Shown here in pieces: positions 53,818 through 64,000 of a stretch of 64,000 nt of DNA. The notes beneath the pieces are model-generated. The model did not search any database and was not told the DNA's origin. It saw nothing but the letters and a program-made list of their open reading frames with translations. The first letter of the stretch is position 1; every line of letters begins with the position of its first letter. Origin of the DNA: Cercozoa sp. M6MM (lineage: Eukaryota; Protista; Endomyxa: Ascetosporea). The translations under genes and the position numbers were made by a program. The DNA lies in NCBI GenBank assembly GCA_040357565.1, contig JBDODJ010000017.1, one strand, 5' to 3'.

Positions 53818-55032
53818 CTGTCACAACTCACTGTTTTGTGTTTTCTCTGCTTTGAGTTAACCTCTCCTCATTACTTGCAACACTCGTCTCTTGTGACTTG
53901 TGCCTGAGCCTTTCCTTTCGATTCCAACTGAGTGAAAGGAACTGACTGTGTCATGTTTTTCCTGGCCTCGCTGCTGATTGCTGGAGTTGTTGCCCAGAAC
54001 GACTGCTCCGACAGTGCGTTCAGCTGTTTCACTTGCTGGTTTTGTTCGTGGAAACCTGACTTGTGCGCGTGTTCACTCTTTTGGTGCAATTGTTGCAGCG
54101 GTGTGCCCGGATGTGGAGCATCATCTGTGTGTCGAGCACGTCGGCACTGACGTGGTCATGACGGTAATTTTATTCCCGTTCCTGTGAGGTTGTCAGTGGA
54201 CCGTAGTTACATGACTGGGAGTAGGTGCGCAACACGTGCACGCTGGAGTTCCTGCGCTGTATGTACGGCGAGGAGAATATCGTGCTTGTCAAGTAAGCTT
54301 GCCTTTCAACATAAATTTACATAGTACTGTACTGTATGCATCTCTTTCTGCATAGTGAGGGCGACTGCCAGAACGGAGAGACCACGACAGTCGGCCTCGA
54401 TCTCGACTCGGGTGATGCTGCGAGTCTGCTGAGTGACGACTACTACGACGGTGCCTTGCGCTTTTCAAACATCACCTGAAGTATACTGTGTACGTCATCG
54501 CATTACTGTGTTGTAGACTACCGCTCTCGTCGAGGCCACGGCCGACGCGATCGTCGACGCCGCCGTCACGGTGAGTTGAACTTTGTCCCTCTTGATTCGT
54601 GTTCACCGCCAACGTAAACGTTAACTAGTTCATCGTGTACTTTCATGTTGCTGCAGGCAGCGGATACGACGAGCCCCGTTACGAGGAGCCTAGCTACAAG
54701 GAGCCCCGATACGAGGAGCCCAGCTACAAGGAGCCCAGTTACAAGGAGCCCAGCTACGATGAGCCGAGTTACGAGGTGCTCTCAGTTCAGGACATGTGTG
54801 GTTGTTTACATTACTGTCACGGTACCGTTGTTGTCTTTGTGCAGGAGCCGTCGTACGACGAGCCGGACTACTCTGAGTACGACGACTCGCACCGTCGCGG
54901 CCGTCGTGACCGTCGCCGTCGCCGTCGCAGTCGTCGTCACCACTAAACATCAAAGCCGTCGATTGGATGGCAGCAGAGTTGACGTGAAATTTTTTACCTC
55001 TATTATTCACAGACTCACGGTAAGAAATTGAT
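53818..55032 (+). repeat. ~1.2-kb inverted duplication, copy 2 (partner 8114-9328)
   Basis: See copy 1. Covers the 5' flank, all exons and introns, and the 3' UTR of the Kazal gene. Confidence 0.96.
53953..54946 (+). CDS. Secreted Kazal-type domain protein with Arg-rich and YxEP repeats, copy 2 (7 exons)
   Basis: Spliced: MFFLASLLIAGVVAQNDCSDSAFS|SVCPDVEHHLCVEHVGTDVVMT|VRNTCTLEFLRCMYGEENIVLV|NEGDC..DDYYD|DYRSRRGHGRRDRRRRRH|GSGYDEPRYEEPSYKEP..|EPSYDEPDYSEYDDSHRRGRRDRRRRRRSRRHH*. Confidence 0.85.
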
Positions 55033-55459
55033 GTTTATGTTTGCGTTTTTACTGTACGGCAGTAGTTCAGTTCGCTTCCGGACCCGTTCGTCTGGAGTTG
55101 TCAGTGATTGCGAGGACTGGCCTCGTCTAATCTCACTCGTCATCTGATTCCCTCAAGCTCGCCGCCATACAGTAAATTTAGCCACCCAGTCGGTACCCAC
55201 CCTTCGGTTGCGTTGCCGAAAAATTACAGTGTTACTGATCGGCGTTTCTCCTCTGGGAAAGGTGCCATTGAAAACTGAAATAAACAAGCTTCGTTTCTTG
55301 CGAGAATGCACACGTTTTCCGCGCAGAATTGAAGCAGCCCCGAACTTCGCAAGCATATCGCTCCTGCATTTAACCATCATAGACACCTAAACGCCTATTA
55401 TTACTTCCGTGTCGCCTCGGCGAACTCACCAGTCTGAAAACTGAAACTGAAACCGAAGA

Positions 55460-56718
55460 ATGAAATTGAGTCTGACGCTCGCAGTGGCCGTGACCTCGAC
55501 GGTTGCGCAGTACCAGTCGCTGCAGTGCATGGAGATGCCACCGGTGTCTGATTCGGATTACCATGTGAACTTTGCCACGTGTCACGACCTCACCTACGCG
55601 TGGCCCAGCAACGAGTTCGACCTGGTCGATATGGGCGGAGCTAGCACCGTGGAGGAGGCACTTTCGTGTGCACGCACGGCTTTCCGCGTCGGGTGCATCG
55701 CAGATCAGACCTACATTGTCGACCGTCAGGCCTGCAACTCGTGTCTTGATCTCGTCGTTGCCTGTAATCCCTCCGAGTGCACTGGTTCGACGACTCTTCC
55801 TCCCAATGGAGGAGGTGACGACGGCGTGCCGACTTCGGCGCCGACGACGGAGACGCCAATCGACCCAGGTGACGGTATTGGTGATGGCAACCCGATCACT
55901 TGGCCCACGCCCACCACAACAACGATGCCAGCACCGACGACCTTCCTTCCGGATCCCTGGCCGACACCGACGGTGCCAGCACCGACGCCGAGTCCCACGC
56001 CGAGTGAAGGTGGCGGCTACCTACGCTACCAGTAAGCTCTCTTTGTGTGAGTTGAGGCAAGGGCTATGTAAGCATACGTGTCACTCAGGTGTCATGCCAT
56101 CGAGGCAGCTGACTTCATGCACTGCGCCGACTTGTCTCAGATGTAACACTCTTTCTCCCTGACAGTGTTGCATGCAATTTCAAGTGCGCCACACTTAGTT
56201 TCGCCAACGAGCCTCATCGCTTCATTCTGGCTTACGACACGTACGCTGAGGACATGATGTGCGCGGCGACGGCGCGATCTGGCTGCTGGGATGCCATACA
56301 GCAGCAGCATGTTGAGGTACTGTATAGCCTTAGCACATAAACTTAAGATACCATATATATATATATACAAAATTATAGGACAATGGAATGACCTGCGGCT
56401 TCTGTCCTGAGGTCGCCTTTGCATGTCCTCCAGCGCTGTGTCCGGGCGGCAGTGATGGCGGTAACGGAAATGGCAATGGTACTGTCTGTAGATACACATT
56501 TAGTACTGTATATCTTTCTTCGTGCCGCACAGGCGACGGTGGCAGCAGCACGACGACGTACATGCCGCCGACAACGACAGCTGACAGTGGCAACGGCGAT
56601 GGCACCGTCAGTACCCCTGTGCCTGACACCACCACTACCTCGTACGCACCGCCTACTCCTGCGCCGTCGCCTACCCCTACTCCTTCGCCGACGCCTACTC
56701 CTACTCCCACGTCGACCG

Positions 56719-56761
<43 letters not shown>

Positions 56762-57004
56762 TGGCCACGGCAGCACGACCACGTACGCACCTCCTGGGCC
56801 GACGACGAGCATCAACCCCGGCAACGACAATGACGGTACTGCAGTGGCAACCCCTTAAAAATCCTGATGTCTAAACTGCAATCGACTGTAGGCGTGATCA
56901 TTGAACCCGGCAAGCAGAAGAAGAACAATGACGCCAACGGTGCCGCAGCGACGTCGGTCTCGCTCGCACTCGTGTCAATCGCGACCTTGGCGCTCTTCAG
57001 CTAA
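55460..57004 (+). CDS. GPI-anchored mucin-like surface protein with two Cys-rich domains (6 exons)
   Basis: Signal peptide MKLSLTLAVAVTSTVA; two related Cys domains each followed by Pro/Thr stalks and a (GN)n tract; C-terminal GPI-type signal NDANGAAATSVSLALVSIATLALFS*. Confidence 0.85.
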
Positions 57005-57465
57005 GCCTCTGGCGCCCTCAGTTTGTTCGACGCACAATCCCTAGTCCGTACACTGCATCGCATGGTTAGCATCGAATCATGCGACACGACAGTTGCTGTA
57101 TTTATTGATAGCTCGCAAGTCGTAGCTCGATTCAACTTCAATCATCATACTACCGCTTATGACTTGGGATTTGAAAGACTCGCACGACAACGGTCGCCTG
57201 CTGCGTATCGAGCAGACGATGTCACCGTACAGTACATCGGCACGTGCACAAGACAGTCAGTACGTGCTAAACTACCGTACTAGTACTGCACGCGTAGTCC
57301 AGGCGAGGTGTGCTGCCGGCCTGCCAAACTAACGACTCGACTGTACCGACGCGACCGACAGTAGTTTGCGTTCGTTTGAGGAAGCAAACTTCGGCTTGAG
57401 TAGATTGTCTGTACTGTACTGGCATATTTCTGACATGCCACGCTAGTGTGCTACGCGCGCAGCGC

Positions 57466-57724
57466 TCAGTTGACGGCGTCCATGATTGAGAGCGACGTGC
57501 CGACCACCAATGACGAGACGCCGAACGTGAACACCACCACAGGTACTACACGGGGGAGGGGGTGGTGTAATAACTAACACAGAGGACAGTATCGATACCG
57601 GCAGCACGCAGCAACGCGAGGAACTTGCCGAGCAGCGACGTCGACTCCCGCACTCGCTGCATGCCCGAGCCGAACACAGTCCCTACACACAGACACACAC
57701 AGACACACACAGACACAGACACAG

Positions 57725-57757
<33 letters not shown>

Positions 57758-58151
57758 CAGACAGTCATGTGTACAAGAGTAGAGGTACAGTTGGCGAGGC
57801 ACGGGATCAGGTAGCCAACACCGGAGGCACCGATGGAGCCAGTGACCTCCAGCACAACACCCAGGTCGCCCACAGTCTAGGACATGTCATTAACAGTGAG
57901 CTCAACACAGTAGGCCTAGACACAGTGTAGACCTAGACACAGTACCAGACCAACGCAGGCAGCAGCAGCAAAGATCAAAGCGGTGAGACCGTAGAACACT
58001 GTCGGTTTGGCACGACGCGTCCTATCACAACAAACACCCGTACCATGCAGGTTTAAGGTTTATTCCACAAGGGGGATAGTGTCTCGCTACAGAGAATCCG
58101 CGTCCTCCTCGTTCTCGATGAGCTGATGTAAATATATAGATATCGAATTAA

Positions 58152-58241
<90 letters not shown>

Positions 58242-60668
58242 GTATATGTATATGTATATGAACATAAGGGTGTAAAAGGTACGGACTCCACGTCCTCCTC
58301 AGTGTCGACAGTGAGAGCCTGCGTGCCAAAGGTTCGCGCCAGGATGGCGAGGGCAAAGTGCCGCGCGATGAAGAGCACCACGGGCCCTGCCAACACGCAC
58401 ATCCAATACACAGACACAGACACAGACACAGATACAGATACAGACACACAGACACACAGACACACAGACACACAGACACACAGACACACAGACACACAGA
58501 CACACACAGACACAAGCCTACATGTCAGCAGCATGGCGATCGCCATCATGAGACGCGTAAAGTTGATCACATGATCGTCGACATCGAAGGCTTCCAGGAT
58601 GTTGCTTTGCGTGTCGCCGTAGAAACTTAGGTAACCCTGTCAACACACGAGACAAGTCGGTACACACGCAGGTAGACAGATAGACAGACAGAAGACACAC
58701 ACACATATATATATATATATACATATATGTGTGTGTCTGTGTGTGCGTGTGTGTGTGAATAAACGCAAGTACAGCAGCAGCAAAGGCGCCCGACAGCGAC
58801 GCACTCACAGCGTAGGACAGCAGTGACACTGCCACACATACATGTACAGTCTATACATAATGTACTCATACAAAAGACAACATACCCTTGCGCCACTGAC
58901 TCGTGGTCTGCGTCTTGAGTGTGCGGAACCTACAGGGACAGTCTGACACAGCAAGACAGATCGGCACTCACACTCCTAGGCCACAGGGTACACGCAAAAG
59001 GTCGTGTCGTGAATCGCAAAAGCGAACGAGATCGTACCGAAGCCTTGCACTGTGCACAATACGGTAGGTATACCCAGTAGGTGCAGGTACACCAGTAGGT
59101 GTACCCTGACAGCAGTTCTGTATTCAGAGAGCGAGTCTTACCAATCGTGCCGACATCGGAGCGAGCGAACTCGTAGGGCGGGAACTCATTGTTCACGATG
59201 CGTCTGTTGACATGCGCACCCAGATAATTTAAGAAAAACACACACAGATAGAGAGTGTACTCTGGGTCGAATTTGAAGCCATTGGAAACAGCAGCGCCAC
59301 GCACAATGACGCCGATCACGATGCAACACCTGGCAAGGTGGGAGGGGGAGGAGGGGGTAAAGTAAAAAGTAAAACACAATGAGAGGCAGTCTACATCGAC
59401 AGGGTCGACATAAAAGACACTGCACTGAGTGCCGACAGGTCGCGCAGCGTGCACAGCGGGCCCACCACGACCACAAGAGCGCACAGCGGAATGAACCTGC
59501 TTCCGATAAAAAACCCGTTTGGGCATGTCTCTTTGTTAAAGCAGAATAAAGCAGTTGGTCTAACCACTCGGACGTCACGATCGCCGGTACATCGTCCGGC
59601 AGCACTGCTTTCTGTCGAACAAACACACGGGTCCTCTCTATGGGCACTCACTCTTTGAGTTCTCTAGGCCGTGGTACCACAACGACAGGCAGCGTGTCGG
59701 TCAGGATCACTCTGAACAGAGTCAACATGCTTGATGTTCTGGTGAAACAGCACACACACACACAGAAGACAGAGGTACGTGTAGGCACAGAGAGCGCCAA
59801 AGTTCACGATCAGCGGGAACACTGAAGCGGCGTAGAAACCGGCTGCTCGGAAAATACAAAGACAAATACAATGACTAGATCTACACATTATTATAATGTA
59901 AAATATAATATATATCCAACATAATGTGTATCAAATGGATAAAATACAATAATACACATTAAAAAACAATGATACGTCTACAACTCATTAAATATACACA
60001 TCAAACGACATCGATAAAAACAGCAAAACAACCACACGATACACACAAAGAATAAACAGAGGTATACATCGGTTCCACAGGTGTTCGGCGAGTTCTTCAA
60101 AATCGCGCTTGCCGACGCGAAGAGCGCTGCGCACCAGAAGCTGCGAGGTGTAGTCGCACACGACGGCCACGAAGACGAGCATGCACATGCCGAGTCCGAG
60201 ACCCATCTGGTGCAGCACGAACGGCAGCCCGATGATGCCACTGCCAACGATGATGTTCATGAAGTTTACGGCGGCGCCAAACACCTACACTCACACACAC
60301 TTGTGTTTACCCCTGTATACCCCATTTACTATTTACCCCCTATATATCCCCCGCGGATATCAAGGTACGCCAAGTCGAGCCTCGCCGGCCTCGTCCTTGA
60401 CAGTGACGACATCGCCCTCAGTGTCCTCGACCTGTGCTTCCACGGCGACCTCGTCGAGGCCGTGTACCTGTTTTCGGAGTTGAAATAGTTTCCGCACTGT
60501 GTGCGCAGAAAAGGAAAGAACAGTCGGTACCGAGACCAGCGAGGAACTGCGCGGCCTGATACCGACAGGCATGGCACCGGCAACGTGCACACCGTGCCCG
60601 GGTGCAGCACAACATGCCATGCCACTTGGCTCCACCTCGTCGTACTGACTCCCTCCTACCCTTGTCAT
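57466..60668 (-). CDS. Amino-acid transporter, Aa_trans/SLC38 family (SLC38A11-like)
   Basis: FGAAVNFMNIIVGSGIIGLPFVLHQMG; PLCTLRDLSALS; INFTRLMMAIAMLLT; DLGVVLEVTGSIGASGVGYLIPCL. Confidence 0.92.
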
Positions 60669-61337
60669 TGTCGTTCCGCTGCGGCTTCTCTGAGCACACT
60701 CAATCTCGAGACAGTGTCACGCCAGAATTTTCAACTCGTGATCCCAGACTCGCACAAAACGCGATAAAGTGCGCGTACCACCGGGACCCTTAGTTCAGTC
60801 AACCAGCACACACGAGACGCCTGCGATCGACGTTAATGCAAGCAATCACCGTTATTTCCTTTTTCGGCTCCATTCTGGGCTCTCGTCGTACGTAGTTGTG
60901 TACAGTGTACGTCCTGGTGAGTCGTGTGCCCTGCATGCGATTGAGAAAAATCAACTGGCCTACCGTTGTTCTCCTTCTCTTGGGCACGTCTAAGAGCACA
61001 GCAGAGAACTTGGAACTGACTGTTGTACACTCGATCTGGCTGTAGGCGCGAGTCGCGTTGGTTTTCCTTATGTTGTTGCTTTTGCTCATGATCGGGCATC
61101 GAAAATCCCCCTTTGACGCCTGGCGATCATTGTTGTGTTTTTTCAGTTTCGGTCTTTGTATCTTTTGTTCCTTTGCCTTTCTTGTCTTACCTGTGCTTGT
61201 GGAGTGCGTAATTGCGGGCGTTTCTCGCGACGTTTCTCAACTGCCAATGGCATGACCGAACTGACTGAGTGTCTTGTGCAGACGTGAAATAGACTAACTC
61301 GGCGGAGCAAGCGTGCGCCAGATCTCTCTCGCCGAAC

Positions 61338-62643
61338 ATGGCTCACAACAGGCGCGGTAGGCTGCTAGGCTTTGTGCTTGCAGTTGTGGGGTCTAATTGT
61401 GGGGTCAAGTTGGGACGGAATTTGAATTGAGTTGAGCCAGTGTATTCTTGCGTGTGTGGCAGGCCCGACCAAGGGCTCGGTGTCCAACATGACACTGCTG
61501 GACAGTATCTCGCCGAACGCAATCCTCAAGAACCTGCGCGTGCGCTATGAGGACGAGCAGATCCACACGAGCATCGGGCCGGTGCTGGTGGCCATCAACC
61601 CGTTCAAGATGATTCCGTCGCAGTACACGCCGGCGCGCATCCGCGAGTACCGCGGCGCTCCGCGCAGCTCGTTGGAGCCGCACGTTTACGGGTTGGTCTA
61701 TTTTACCCCCCTTACCCCTACCCCCCCATTCCCTCCCCCGTACAGTATCGCAGACGAGGCCTACCGCCAGTTGATTGGATTCTCTGAGTCGCAGTGCATC
61801 ATTGTAGCTTGCTTACTTGCCCCCTTACCCGTTAACGTCCTTAACCCTAGATCACGGGCGAGTCGGGCAGCGGCAAGACCGAGACGTCCAAGATCGTGAT
61901 GCAGTACATCTCGGCCGTGTCGGGCAAGAGTCGCGAGATCGAGGTCGTCAAGGCCAAGCTGCTGGCAGCCAACCCGGTGCTGGAGGCCTTTGGCAACGCC
62001 AAGACTGTCAACAACAACAACTCCTCGGTAGCCACCCTGTGTAGCTACCTGTGTAGCCATCTTGCTTTACTTATTTATTGTGTGTGTGCAGCGCTTTGGT
62101 AAGTACATGCAAGTGGTCTTTGACTTCAAGGGCGACCCGACTTGTGCCAAGGTGTTTACCTCTAGCTCCTGTTGTACGTGCCTTACTTTACCCCCTCCCC
62201 CCTAGGTGACGAACTACCTGCTGGAGAAGGCGCGCGTATGTGCACCGGGACCGAACGAGCGTAACTTCCACTCGTTCTACCAGATCGTGAAGCACGTGCC
62301 GCCGCAGTGGCGCGACCAACTGCTGCTGCAGCCGTGCGACTACTACTGCTACCTCTCTGTGTCCGGGTGCTACGACGTTGTCGGCATCGACGACGCCAAG
62401 GAGTACCAGGAGGTACGTTCCACCTTACCTCTACTTCTGTCCCCTTACCCCCTCCCGTAGATGATTGAAGGCATGCGCACGCTGCAGTTCAGTGAAGAGG
62501 TTTTACCCCCCTGCCCCACCCCACTCTACTTCCTTTAACTCTCCTTCCCCAGGACATTGAAGCGGTACACCGCGTGGTGGCGGCGACGTTGTGGCTCGGC
62601 AATCTCACCTTTACGGAGGGACACGACGAGCGCTCATCGTAAG

Positions 62644-62711
<68 letters not shown>

Positions 62712-64000
62712 ACGCACACGCACACACCGCAGCCTTAAGAAAAAGTATTGTTGTGGCAGTGTGGTGGATCGCGACGTTTTGGACATCGTCGCCAGTGTGC
62801 TTGGAGTGGATAGGTGCGTCTTTACCCCCTTAGCCCCTTAGCCCCTTCTTATCCCCCGTCCCCCATAGTGGCGCACTGGAGAAGGCGCTGTGTTGCCGCG
62901 GCATCACGACAGGCTTCGGTGCCAGGGCCGAGTTCATCCTGAAGCCTCTCCGACAGGCCGACGCTGAGTTCTCGCGCGACACGCTGGCCAAGGCTTTGTA
63001 CAGCAAGCTGTTCGACACGATTGTTCGCAAGATCAACGTGGCGCTGCATGTGCGTTGCTCTTGCCCCCCTATATGCCCTCTCATATACCTCTATTACCTC
63101 CCTATACCCCCCTATACCTCTATTGCCCCCCCCCCCCCAGGACGAGAACGTCGGTAGCAACACGACTGAGATCGGAATCCTGGACATTTATGGATTCGAG
63201 ATCATGGAGTACAACTGCTTCGAGCAGCTGTGCATCAACTTCACCAACGAGAAGCTGCAGCAGATCTTTATCGAACTCACCATCAAGAGCGAGCAGGAGG
63301 AGTACCAGAAGGAGGGCATCCCGTACACACTCACACTCTTCTCTAGCAAGGGGTAGGGGTAAGCAGGGGGGATAAGATGGGGGATACATGTGCAGATGGG
63401 AACCGATTCCGTACTTCAACAACGAGCCGACATGCACTTTGATCGAAGGCAAACCCGGCGTCTTCTCGGTGCTGGACGACTGCTGTCACAGTACTACCCT
63501 CTTTACCCCCTTGCCCCCTTACCCTCTACCCCCCCCCCCTCGTAGCCAAGAAGACGGACCAGAACTTTGTGCAAGACTTGGGCAACTTCTTCTCGTCGCA
63601 CAAGGCGATGCGCGTCGGTGGCGGTGCCTTCACTATCCAGCACTACGCCGGCGAGGTTTGCCCCCCCCTTTACCCCCCCCCCACTTTACTCCCTGCCCCT
63701 TACCCCCCTCCCGCAGGTGTCATACCACGCCGAAGGTTTCTGTGCCAAGAACAAGGACACGCTGTTTGATGACCTGGTGAGTTTACCCTCCTACCCCCGC
63801 CTCCCCTTTACCCCCCCCCCCTGTAGGTGGAGCTGGTGCAAACGTCGTCGTATCACTTTGTCGGCATGTCAGGTTGGGCCGATATCGAGGTGCACAAGGG
63901 ACAGAAGAAACGCCCGATCACTTGCGGCAAGCAGTTTACCATACAGTGAGTTACCTCCCCCATACACCCTCCCTTAAACCCTACCCTACCCCCCCCCCCC
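61338..64000 (+). CDS. Class I-type myosin motor domain (3' end outside window; at least 15 introns)
   Basis: Short N-terminus, then [12 protein letters not shown]-loop [11 protein letters not shown], switch [36 protein letters not shown], switch [53 protein letters not shown]. Confidence 0.96.

Noticed and set aside
63940-64000. Telomere-like CCCTA/CCCC tract at the window end
   Set aside because: It follows a GTGAGT donor and matches the C-rich style of other myosin introns; it is not a regular telomeric array.

Overview
Gene-dense, intron-rich nuclear DNA of a unicellular eukaryote. It uses the standard code and short GT-AG introns that are often filled with simple repeats, and there are three assembly gaps. 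The lineage cannot be fixed from this sequence alone. Genes were spliced by eye and assigned to families from remembered motifs, with no database search. Recognisable genes: Rac1-type GTPase, double B-box protein, zf-4CXXC_R1 protein, giant CCDC17-like C2-type protein, TPR protein, SppA/S49 protease, NUP62/Nsp1, ABHD1/2/3-type hydrolase, HAP2/GCS1 gamete fusogen, PF20/SPAG16, LSM12, a CFAP65-like gene lacking its N-terminal half, a GPI-anchored mucin-like protein, an SLC38 transporter and a class I myosin running off the window end. Highlights: (1) an apparently complete HAP2 and three cilium-associated genes lie inside a ~44.5-kb block bracketed by a ~1.2-kb inverted duplication; (2) the duplicated gene encodes an unusual secreted Kazal + poly-Arg + (YxEPS/R)n protein; (3) introns carry gene-specific repeat types, including mutually complementary satellites in introns of one gene and sense-strand TACCCC tracts; (4) NUP62 FSFG repeats are split by introns at the same codon position four times.
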